From positions 1 through 64,000 of IMG/VR virus record IMGVR_UViG_3300042090_000646: a stretch of 64,000 bases of DNA, one strand, 5' to 3'. Each line of letters opens with the position of its first letter. Positions within the stretch are counted from its first letter, which is position 1. The notes under the pieces were generated by a model. The model did not search any database. It was not told the origin of the DNA and saw nothing but the letters and a program-made list of their open reading frames with translations. Positions 14,776 to 23,543 of the stretch are shown one piece after another. The stretch is from a virus. Position numbers and translations under genes: made by a program.

Positions 14776-17753
14776 GCGGCTTTCCCCTTCTTGTGCTGGT
14801 CCACTGATTCGATAAAGGTGGGATCAGGAGGAAGCATTAGCAACTCCAGTTCCATTACGCCATTATATGCCTTCCCCTTGTTGAGAATCATGAACCGTTG
14901 CCCAGGAAGGGTGGTTATCTCGCCCTCGGATCCGACCAAGTGGCCAGACCCGAAGGTATCCACGGCCTTCGCGCCATCGGCATAGTGAATCTTTAAGAGG
15001 AGATCGTGGCCGAAATGGGTATGTTCGTTCCACTCAGGTTTCTTGGAGCAGCACATGGAGTCGGTGTTCTGGAACACCAGCCCCGGCTCAGCCTGTTCAA
15101 GTTGCTTCTTCATGGTGCTGGGGATATCCATCCACCGCCAGAGGCGCGTCCCCTCCGGCTTGGTGACGGCATGGGCGTAAGCCTGCTTGACTGCGTCCTT
15201 TATGTTGACGTTGTAGTACGTCTCGTCGTTTCCCTTGAAATGATGGTTGACGGCTCCATCCCCCTGAACCTGACTGATGTAGTTTTTGAGGTTCTGCGGC
15301 ATAGTGAGGTATAGATCATGCGCCTTTGCGGTGTCGGCGCTGGTCACATTGCGCCCCGCGTTCTTCGGCGTGAAATCCTGCGGATTGCCGACGCTGCCCA
15401 GGGTCATGAAGTAGCCCAGCACCTCGGAACTATCGATATTCTCAGTATTCTTGCCAAATGGTTTGGAGGGAAAGGCTTCCGACAACCCCGAGACGTCTTC
15501 GGCGGTGGCCAGAGAATAGGTTTTAAGCTTCTCGGAGCCAGGATTGGCGACCACGTTCAGGTAGCCGACTAACCCGGACCAGTATTGTTTGACGTGTGTG
15601 CTGGGATGTTCCTTGATGGGGATCAGCTTGGATTCCCCTGTATTTTTGTCGATCTCATGGACCTGTAGATTCTCCAGATCCACCAGATCCCCGCGCATGG
15701 CTGCCTGGTGGACTTCCTCGGCGGCGGCTTGGTTGGCCTGGTTGACCTTCTCGTTGCCAGAGAGACCTTTGCCCTGCCCATTCCAGTCCATGAAGTTGGG
15801 CGGCTGTGGGATCTGCGCCTTGTCGACAGGGAGGTGCTTCGGGTCCGGCTTGGGCGGATGGACGATGGCCTCTGCCTCCGGGAACTGCTTCGCCAGATAG
15901 TGTTTTCTGGCGATGAGCTTTGCAGCCAGCGCGTTCTTCTTGTTGTCATCGCCGGGGCCGAACATCTGGACGGCCTTCTGGATGATGTCGTCGGGCAGTT
16001 CCAGGACCGGGATCATGCTCTTGCTGATTTCATCCTGGGTCATGGTCCCGAATACGGAGGCCGCCTGGGGGTTCTTGGATGCGTCCCGAAGGGTATGGAT
16101 TTCGGATACGGCATTGCCGAAGGCGTCACCCTTGAGTCCACCCTGGGCCCGGTAATCGAGGGCACCTCCGGGGTCGATGCGCTTGGCCTTCCCATCGTTG
16201 CCTACGAGGAGGTTGTCAAAGCCCAGGCCCACCACGTCCCAGTTGGCCAGCCATGCATCCGCGCCGAATCCCTCCTTGACCCCATCCTGCTTGGCCAGAA
16301 GGCTACCGTCGGTGACCTTGGAGAGCCCTTCCTGGTAGGCCGAGGCAATGCCCAGCTTGCCGTCCTTCATGACCATCTTGGTCTTGGGCGCCCCGACCCC
16401 CATGAGGTCATAGAGCTTGGCCGCCAACATCTCGCTCTTGGCCTGGTCCTCATCCGCGGGGAACTTGATATACCACTTCTTCCCGAAGGCGTCCTCGTAA
16501 AGACCGCCAGGGTTGGATCCGCCCTGAGGCCCGATCTGTTTGAAAGGGAAATTCTTGGGGAGGGACGGCGTAGCTACTTTGGGTGCCGCCGGCTTCTTCT
16601 CCTCCACCAGCTCCCAGTGGTGGTTGGCGTTCAGGATATAGGTCTTGCCGTTCTCGACCTTGGTATCACCAACTTTGAGGCCATCTGGTCCCGTAGCCAT
16701 GCCTGTGAACTTGAGCGCGTTCTTCCACGCTTTCCCGTTCCAGCTCTTTGGGGTGGTAGAGAGCGTATGCCCGCCAGGTTCCTCCATGGTGAGCCAGCCA
16801 TCCGGGGTATTGGGCAGCATCGTGTAGACCTTCCCGTTGTAGCCAAACTGCATCCCTTCCTTGACCTGAGAGAAGGGCGGATGGGAACCCACCTCCGGGA
16901 TCTTGAACTTGGGTGCCTTGGGCAGCGGGCCTTTGCTGATCTGATCCAGGACCATGGCCAGCTTTGCGTCGTCGCCGCCCTTCACCAGGAACGCCTGTTG
17001 CTTCTTCTTGTAGCCCGGGGGGTGCAGCTCTGCCAGGACCTTCTTGGCGGCGGCATTCAGGGGGACGCCGTCGTTGCCGGTCTTGTTAACCATGAAGAAG
17101 CCTCCGCTGGACTTGGAGACATGGATGTTCCCGATGTCCGCGCTTCCCCAATAGCTCATGTTCTGGAGCTTGGTCAGGATGTCGCTGGCGGAATCGCTGG
17201 TTGGAGTGAGTGGCGCTGCCGGTGCTTCCGTGGCAGGTTCCTCGGGACTTCCAGGTCTTTCCATGCCCGCATAGAGCAAGGACTTCTGGTCATTCCACAG
17301 CTTGCTGCCGAAGTCCTTCAGGCTGGTAGTGCCATCTGCGGCGTAGGTCTTCAGGAGGTGAACGCCGTCGCCGTTCGTGGAGATCGCCTTGAGTGTGTTC
17401 CCGGATGGATATTTGAACACCATGCCTGGCTTGAGCTGGTCGAATGGGACCTTCTGGCCCTCAAGTGGTCCGACACTCTCTGTTTTGGGCGCTTCCCCGA
17501 ACATCTTGTCGAACTCCCGATCCACCCCCGAGAGGTCGTATTCGGGGGCTGCCGCAGGGGCGTGGGGTGCGGGTTCGATCTTGGCCGGTGCGGTGGTGGC
17601 CGGTGCGGTGGTGGCCGGTGCGGCCTCCGGCGCCTCCTGGGACCCACCAAAGAGGTTGTCGAACTCCCGGTCCACGTTGTAGGTGTGCCCGCTGGTGTGG
17701 ACCAGCTTGCCGTTGACAACCCGGTAGTAGTCCTTTGAATGCTTGGTGGTCAT
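14772..17753 (-). CDS. Polyvalent effector: PI3/4K-HipA-like kinase plus C-terminal ADP-ribosyltransferase-like domain
   Basis: GGSNPGG..YIK..E..DAWLANWD..N..RIDPG (kinase); LWR..SMCCS..EGEITTLPGQRF (R-S-E ART). Confidence 0.8.
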   Translation of the reverse strand: MTTKHSKDYYRVVNGKLVHTSGHTYNVDREFDNLFGGSQEAPEAAPATTAPATTAPAKIEPAPHAPAAAPEYDLSGVDREFDKMFGEAPKTESVGPLEGQKVPFDQLKPGMVFKYPSGNTLKAISTNGDGVHLLKTYAADGTTSLKDFGSKLWNDQKSLLYAGMERPGSPEEPATEAPAAPLTPTSDSASDILTKLQNMSYWGSADIGNIHVSKSSGGFFMVNKTGNDGVPLNAAAKKVLAELHPPGYKKKQQAFLVKGGDDAKLAMVLDQISKGPLPKAPKFKIPEVGSHPPFSQVKEGMQFGYNGKVYTMLPNTPDGWLTMEEPGGHTLSTTPKSWNGKAWKNALKFTGMATGPDGLKVGDTKVENGKTYILNANHHWELVEEKKPAAPKVATPSLPKNFPFKQIGPQGGSNPGGLYEDAFGKKWYIKFPADEDQAKSEMLAAKLYDLMGVGAPKTKMVMKDGKLGIASAYQEGLSKVTDGSLLAKQDGVKEGFGADAWLANWDVVGLGFDNLLVGNDGKAKRIDPGGALDYRAQGGLKGDAFGNAVSEIHTLRDASKNPQAASVFGTMTQDEISKSMIPVLELPDDIIQKAVQMFGPGDDNKKNALAAKLIARKHYLAKQFPEAEAIVHPPKPDPKHLPVDKAQIPQPPNFMDWNGQGKGLSGNEKVNQANQAAAEEVHQAAMRGDLVDLENLQVHEIDKNTGESKLIPIKEHPSTHVKQYWSGLVGYLNVVANPGSEKLKTYSLATAEDVSGLSEAFPSKPFGKNTENIDSSEVLGYFMTLGSVGNPQDFTPKNAGRNVTSADTAKAHDLYLTMPQNLKNYISQVQGDGAVNHHFKGNDETYYNVNIKDAVKQAYAHAVTKPEGTRLWRWMDIPSTMKKQLEQAEPGLVFQNTDSMCCSKKPEWNEHTHFGHDLLLKIHYADGAKAVDTFGSGHLVGSEGEITTLPGQRFMILNKGKAYNGVMELELLMLPPDPTFIESVDQHKKGKAA

Positions 17754-17756
17754 GGC

Positions 17757-20375
17757 CTATCCTTTCTTTGCCAGGGCGGCCATGCCCTTCTTCGCTTGTT
17801 CAGCCCAGCTCTTGGCGATGTCCTCCCAGGGAGTATCCCCGTTGTCGAAGGTGCCCATCCCGGCTTTGCTCTTATGCATGGCCACGACGGCTAGGTGCTT
17901 GGTTCTGGCCACGAACTCCTCCAGATCCTCCTTGGAGACATCCACCGTGTGACCGCTGTTCACCGCAGCCTTGACTGCGCCCATCTTCCCAGAAATAACC
18001 TTGGTGGCTATGTCCTGGAAATCATGTTCATGCCATGGCTTCTTGGGCACCTGGGGCTTCGGCACCTCATCCTTGGGGGCTGCATCCAGCTTGGAAGCCT
18101 CCGCCAGGTGCCATTTGGAAAGGTGCGCATGACCCTTGGCTGCCCAGGCATGGGCCTCCTGAAGGTGGGACGGTGCCGGGGGAGGCATCAACTTCATGAC
18201 GTCCTCGGGGAGGGTATTCCCAAGCTGACCATGAATAACAGTGGCCTTGGCATGAGCCGCGGCTGCCTTCTTATGGGCCTCGGCGCTCCCATCCGGACCT
18301 CCTGACCCCAAGGAGGCGTTCTCTGCGCCAATGCTTTGCAGCGCAGCCGTGTGGGCCTGGGGGTCTTCCCCGGCGTGGTGGAGATCGATCCCCATGGAAT
18401 GATCGGTCAGGGAGTGGGCGAGCGCACCGGCAGAAGCTTGGGTCGCGCCACCCTTGAAGCTCCGAATGGACTCTTTGATGTCATGGGTCATAGCCTGGAC
18501 CGCGGCCGACGCCTTGGGCTCATATTTGGCAGCCGGAGCTTCCGGTTCGGCCATGGTCTGCTCGTGCTCTGCTCCCCACTCCTTGGCCTTGGCCTTGATG
18601 CCCTCGATCACCTTGGGTTCTGCCGTCACATATATGCCTTCCGTGTGGATCTGCTGGTCCTTGTAGTCATACCAAGCCTTCCCTTTGAATGCAGATTTGG
18701 GTAGGCCCGTGTCGGGACAGAACTGTTCCAGATCATTGAAATAAATCCGGTGCTTCCCGTTCTTCTCCCACTCCTTGCCGCCGATGCCGACCAGCTCGGC
18801 CACGGTGGGCATGGAGCCGGTGCTTTCGGACCCTTTGGCCTCATTCTCGCCCGGCTTATCGTTGTGCCAGCGCCCGTCGTGGAAGGTGAGGCCATCTTTC
18901 AGATCGCCTTCCTTGGGACCATCCTCGGGGACCCGGGAGGCGAGGTTCGCCTCAGTCCATCCCTTGGTGTATGCCGCCAGGGCCAATTTGATTTCGCTTC
19001 CGGTCTTTCCAAGGAGGTGATCGTGACTGAATTTCGTGTTCATCAAGGGCGCACTCATTTGCCCATTTTCGTGAGCCTCTTTCCCCATCTCGTAGGGGGA
19101 TTTAATGCTGGCAGCAGCCTTCATCTCCTTCAGCTCGCCGCCCTGGTCTTTGATCTCCTCCGCCACCTTATCCGGGGTCGGATGTTCCAGCGTATCCACC
19201 AGCTCCTGGTGTTCCTTGGTGGCGGCAGGAAGGGTCATCTCAACCCCGGACGGGGTAATGGACTCTCCTTTTTCGGCATTCTCGCCTTCCAGGGACTTCT
19301 GCACCGGATACATCCTGTGGACCTCAGCCAGCACCTGGACTGCCAGCTTCTTGGCGTCCTCGCCCTGGCCGAAGAAGATGTGAGGAAAGGAGCCCTCCTT
19401 GCCGAAGTGGTTGGAGGCGCCGATTTTCTCGGATGCCGGGGCCTCGTCTCCGGTGATGTTGTGGTAGGCGCCCCGGATGATGTTGGCGTGGGCGGCGTTG
19501 GTGGCCCGGAGATACCATCCCTTGTTCTTGTTCTCACCCAGGGCGACCTGGTGCCCCACGGAGGCAAGGTGGGCCCCGTCGGGGGCTTCGCCTGGAACGT
19601 ATTTGGCTTTCCCTTTTTCCATGGCGAAGTGGCCACTGCCCTTCTGTGGACCGCCATGCAACTTGTCCGGAGAATGCATGGCTTCGATGGCGCCGTCGTG
19701 GATCCCCTCCCAGTGCTTCTTGAGCATCTCCATATGTTCGAGTCCTGGGGAGTAGTCCGCTCCGGGCTTGCCATCCGCCTCGGTGGCGTGGCTGTGCTTC
19801 ATAAGGTTGATAGAGGTCTGGACGGCGTGGATGGCGTCCTTGGCATATGTAGCCTGAACCGACGGGTCCTCTCCGTTGACGGCATTGAGATCGCCATAGT
19901 CGGCCAGAGCCTGGGAGGTGACTACTCCAGCCTCATCCATGGCGGCGTCGGAACCGGCGAGGTGCTGGGGGCCAGGCAGCTTCTTGGTGTTGTATTGACC
20001 AATGACGATGACCTTGCCGTTCTTTAGAGTCCGAGTATGGGTGTGGACGTAGGACTTCATGAGGCGCCGCTCCGGGTTCTGTCCCTCCATGACCGTGCCG
20101 TCCGCCAACTTCTTGACTGGCCTGGTGGCAAGGGTGGCAGCCAAGGGCCCGGCCATGGCGCCTCCCATGGCCCCGGCGCATTTGCAGATCAGGCTGGAAC
20201 CATCATCGGGGTCCATGCCGTCATCGACCGCGTCGTCGAAGGCTTTCAGGAGGTCGCGCCCCTCATCCACATCCTCGGGCTTCTTGCAGAAATTCTTGGG
20301 GTGACTCTTGGCCCTGAAGTAAGCCGATGCGGTCCTGACCAGAGCATCCGCATGGGCCTTGGCGATACGAGACAT
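17757..20375 (-). CDS. Large multidomain putative head-internal protein
   Basis: GGAGAGG RBS; IAKA/LLKA/LMKS sites; HTRTLKNGKVIV motif; His/Ala-rich helices. Confidence 0.75.
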   Translation of the reverse strand: MSRIAKAHADALVRTASAYFRAKSHPKNFCKKPEDVDEGRDLLKAFDDAVDDGMDPDDGSSLICKCAGAMGGAMAGPLAATLATRPVKKLADGTVMEGQNPERRLMKSYVHTHTRTLKNGKVIVIGQYNTKKLPGPQHLAGSDAAMDEAGVVTSQALADYGDLNAVNGEDPSVQATYAKDAIHAVQTSINLMKHSHATEADGKPGADYSPGLEHMEMLKKHWEGIHDGAIEAMHSPDKLHGGPQKGSGHFAMEKGKAKYVPGEAPDGAHLASVGHQVALGENKNKGWYLRATNAAHANIIRGAYHNITGDEAPASEKIGASNHFGKEGSFPHIFFGQGEDAKKLAVQVLAEVHRMYPVQKSLEGENAEKGESITPSGVEMTLPAATKEHQELVDTLEHPTPDKVAEEIKDQGGELKEMKAAASIKSPYEMGKEAHENGQMSAPLMNTKFSHDHLLGKTGSEIKLALAAYTKGWTEANLASRVPEDGPKEGDLKDGLTFHDGRWHNDKPGENEAKGSESTGSMPTVAELVGIGGKEWEKNGKHRIYFNDLEQFCPDTGLPKSAFKGKAWYDYKDQQIHTEGIYVTAEPKVIEGIKAKAKEWGAEHEQTMAEPEAPAAKYEPKASAAVQAMTHDIKESIRSFKGGATQASAGALAHSLTDHSMGIDLHHAGEDPQAHTAALQSIGAENASLGSGGPDGSAEAHKKAAAAHAKATVIHGQLGNTLPEDVMKLMPPPAPSHLQEAHAWAAKGHAHLSKWHLAEASKLDAAPKDEVPKPQVPKKPWHEHDFQDIATKVISGKMGAVKAAVNSGHTVDVSKEDLEEFVARTKHLAVVAMHKSKAGMGTFDNGDTPWEDIAKSWAEQAKKGMAALAKKG

Positions 20376-20389
20376 GGCCTCTCCTTGTG

Positions 20390-21643
20390 CTATTTGAGCT
20401 GGTCCCGCAGGGCGTCCTGGCGCATCTGGAGGGCGTCCAGGGCAATCTTGTCGCCGCCGACCTTGCCCTTCTGCTGCTCGATATGAGAGATATGCCGCTC
20501 GATGATGGACTTCTGGATGGCCCGGCCCTCCTCATCCATGCTGGCCTGGGCGTCATCGTATTTCTTCGCTTCCCCAAGGTGATACTTGGCTTGGGTGGCA
20601 TGGGTGGCAGACGCGCCTCGTCCCTCATCCATCCCTACCTTGTGGGCAAGGGCTGATTTCGACGCTTTGCTGTGGGCCTCGGCAGCCTGACGGTGAAGTT
20701 CGGCTTTTTCCCCATAGGTGGCGACGGCGTTGGTTGCTTTATAGCTGGCAGCCGAAGCTTGTGCCCTTACCGCTTCGTGCCCTTCCTCGGGCTGTGCGCC
20801 CTTGTCCAGGGGATCCTTGCCATGTTCATCTCCGCTCGGCTGGCCAGCATCTTCACCCTTGTCGGGCCATTCCTCGTTCTTGTGACCCGGGTCCGAGGCA
20901 ACCTTTCCCGGGTCAACCGGCTTCTTCTCGCGGGCCTCGACGGGCAGCTCAGGGGGAATCTCGGAGCCGGCGCCCTTGTCGGGTTGGGTCATGTGGGGGG
21001 CCAACCGCTTGGCTTCGGCTCCGTGCGCGGCCGACCATTTGCGGTGGTAGTCCTCCGCCTCCTGATACTTCGGCTTATCGGCGTGGCCCTCCGGGAGGGA
21101 TTCGTGGTGGCGCTTCATCACGTCAGCCGCCTCCTGGTGCAGCCCTTCGGCTTCCTTGTGGGCCTTGAACTGCGCCTCATGGCCCATGACTTGGTGAGCC
21201 CTGACCGTCGCCTCGGTGGCCTTGTTGATGGTCTCTGCCTTCCGGGTGTCATGTTCTCGCACCTGGACTAGCTTCCCGTTTACGTTCCTGACGTGGCCCT
21301 TGACATGGCCCTTGAGAAGCTCGCGCTGTTCCGGGTCCAGGGCGGCATGGACCATAGCTGCCTCCTCAAGAGTGGAGGCGTGGAAGTGATCGTAGGCTCC
21401 GATGCGCCCGAAGTGGGCGGCCCCCGCCCTACGCTTCTGGAGTGGAATGCCCAGTTCCTGGGCTGCCTTGCAAATCATGCGGCCGTCCTCTGCGTCCGTG
21501 GCACGGAGGTAGCTGGAGCCGTCGCGGAACTTCCCGATTGCGGTGCGCTCGCGCACTCCGGCTTCCGGAGCATCCGCAGTGGAGGGGTCGGCGACGTAGA
21601 CGGTCTTGCCATTGATGACTCGGTAATGCGGATTGGCGGTCAC
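20390..21643 (-). CDS. Putative head-internal protein, partly paralogous to 17757-20375
   Basis: GTG with AGGAGG RBS; YLRAT..HFG..G shared segment; HVRNVNGKLVQV motif. Confidence 0.75.
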   Translation of the reverse strand: MTANPHYRVINGKTVYVADPSTADAPEAGVRERTAIGKFRDGSSYLRATDAEDGRMICKAAQELGIPLQKRRAGAAHFGRIGAYDHFHASTLEEAAMVHAALDPEQRELLKGHVKGHVRNVNGKLVQVREHDTRKAETINKATEATVRAHQVMGHEAQFKAHKEAEGLHQEAADVMKRHHESLPEGHADKPKYQEAEDYHRKWSAAHGAEAKRLAPHMTQPDKGAGSEIPPELPVEAREKKPVDPGKVASDPGHKNEEWPDKGEDAGQPSGDEHGKDPLDKGAQPEEGHEAVRAQASAASYKATNAVATYGEKAELHRQAAEAHSKASKSALAHKVGMDEGRGASATHATQAKYHLGEAKKYDDAQASMDEEGRAIQKSIIERHISHIEQQKGKVGGDKIALDALQMRQDALRDQLK

Positions 21644-21771
21644 GGGGTCCTCCTGGATTCCCCGATTGGAACCAGGACACAAGCCCTTGTCCGTTCAACG
21701 CATAGCAATAGGTGGCAGGTAGCGCCATGCCCAGGCCCTTTTGGAAGGGGCCGGACGGAGATTCTCACGCC

Positions 21772-22647
21772 ATGGGCACGTCGGTCCTCACTCCCGGATT
21801 GGAGACTCGCGGCAGCGGGGGAGCCCCAGTCTGCCTGCGTTTTGACCGACCCATCTTCAAGGCCCAGGCCGAGACAGAGGGTGGCCAGAGGATCGTGTAT
21901 ATGGAGGCGTCCACAGAGATCCGGGACGTCCAGGGCGACAAAGTCCTGCTCTCTGCCCTGGAAGCCTCCATCCCCTACTTCCTGAAATATGGTCGGCTCG
22001 ACCTGGACCACGCCTCTGTGCTGGGCCAGATCCGGGGCGCCAAGGTCAATCCCTATGCGTTCGAGATCGGAAAACCCCTGGCCGTCAAAGTCCAGGACAG
22101 CTCGGTCTGGGTCAAGGCCGCCATTTTCTCCGGGACCGAATATGACTTGACCGGGAAACGCAACTCCTTCACCGAGGCCGCCGACCTGTTCTGGGATTCG
22201 CTTCATACCACCCCACCGGTCATCTGGTTTCCCTCTATCGCCGGTGACGTCTATTCCGAACAGACCACGTCCGAGAACGGCCTCCCCACCCAGGAAGTCC
22301 GAGGCATACGCTGGCATTCCATCGGCCTATCGCGGACCCCCGTGAACATGAATATCGGCGCCGTGACGACCATGCCTGTGCGGGCCTTCGCCAAGGCGTT
22401 CTCTGGGCTCGCGGACCTCAAGGACACTCTTGGGGAACTGGCCCCGAGCCTGCCCCAGAGGGGGTTCCCCGCGACCATTCAGGTCAAGGGAGCCGAAGAT
22501 CCTATGCTCCTCCGTCTTGCCATGGACGCCCTTCTGGAAGCCCAGGAGGAGGGCGGCATTGATGGCTACCTGACCCTCGCCACCGAGCGGGGAGTGCCGG
22601 CCGATGTGGCCATGGCCCTCCTTGTCGTCCTTCTCTCTCGCCGTTGA
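21772..22647 (+). CDS. Prohead (capsid maturation) protease
   Basis: EASTEIRDVQGD..LDLDH..PSIAG..LSRTPVN; lies before scaffold and capsid. Confidence 0.8.
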   Translation: MGTSVLTPGLETRGSGGAPVCLRFDRPIFKAQAETEGGQRIVYMEASTEIRDVQGDKVLLSALEASIPYFLKYGRLDLDHASVLGQIRGAKVNPYAFEIGKPLAVKVQDSSVWVKAAIFSGTEYDLTGKRNSFTEAADLFWDSLHTTPPVIWFPSIAGDVYSEQTTSENGLPTQEVRGIRWHSIGLSRTPVNMNIGAVTTMPVRAFAKAFSGLADLKDTLGELAPSLPQRGFPATIQVKGAEDPMLLRLAMDALLEAQEEGGIDGYLTLATERGVPADVAMALLVVLLSRR

Positions 22648-22661
22648 AAGGAGACCCTCCC

Positions 22662-23483
22662 ATGAGTGTCTTGTCTACCCTCCAAACTCAGGTGCGCCTC
22701 CTGCTCAAGGCGGCCACCGAGGAGAAGCCCGCGAAGGGCAGGAAGCCTGCCGTCCCCACTGATCCCGGCGACCCCGACGAGCTTCAGCCGGATTACCGGG
22801 TCGACGGCGCCCAGCCCTCCAAGAAAGACCTGGCCGATGACCCCGACGGCGATGGCGACAAGGATGGCAACGAGGTCGAGGCCGACGAGGAGGACGGGGG
22901 TGCCCCCCCTGAGACCACCGGAGAGGAGGAAGAAGAGGAGGACGAAAAGCCTACCGTCGACGAGGAGGAAGGTGCCGACAGCCAGCGCCCCATGGCCAAG
23001 TCCTTCGACGATTTTGGCAATGCCGACCTGTCCGCCGAAGAGACCCGAAACCTCCTCAAGGCCCTGGACTATGGCGTCACGCCGCCCATGGCCGAGGACA
23101 AGCTCCTGGATGGCGGAGACGACCTCAAGGGAATCCTGGACGACATCCTGGTCCTCCTGACGCACACCACGCAGAAGCAGGAGCGTCAGGACGCCATCAT
23201 GAACGAACTCCTGACTGAGATCGACCGGCTCAAGAAGGGGGCAGCCAAACAGGATCGGGAGATCACCAAGGCCATGGCCGCCCTGGGCGATCCCACCCGC
23301 GCACCCGCCGCTGCGCCTCGGGCCATCTCCAAGTCTTTCGTCAACCCCGGAATCCCTCCGGAAGTCGCTCCCGTCGTCGACGGGGGGGCCCTGGCCAACG
23401 AAATCTTCTTCGCCCTGAAGGCGGGAAAGATGACGCCCGCCGAGGCCACCCAGAAGTGCCGTGCCGCTCACGCCTCCGTATAA
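22662..23483 (+). CDS. Scaffolding-like protein
   Basis: Acidic low-complexity region, coiled coil, repeated K[A/S] sites; between protease and capsid. Confidence 0.75.
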   Translation: MSVLSTLQTQVRLLLKAATEEKPAKGRKPAVPTDPGDPDELQPDYRVDGAQPSKKDLADDPDGDGDKDGNEVEADEEDGGAPPETTGEEEEEEDEKPTVDEEEGADSQRPMAKSFDDFGNADLSAEETRNLLKALDYGVTPPMAEDKLLDGGDDLKGILDDILVLLTHTTQKQERQDAIMNELLTEIDRLKKGAAKQDREITKAMAALGDPTRAPAAAPRAISKSFVNPGIPPEVAPVVDGGALANEIFFALKAGKMTPAEATQKCRAAHASV

Positions 23484-23543
23484 CAGCCCCTCCACCAACC
23501 CCACCCCTTTCGGCCGTTAGGCCCTATCAAGGAGGTCCATCAA

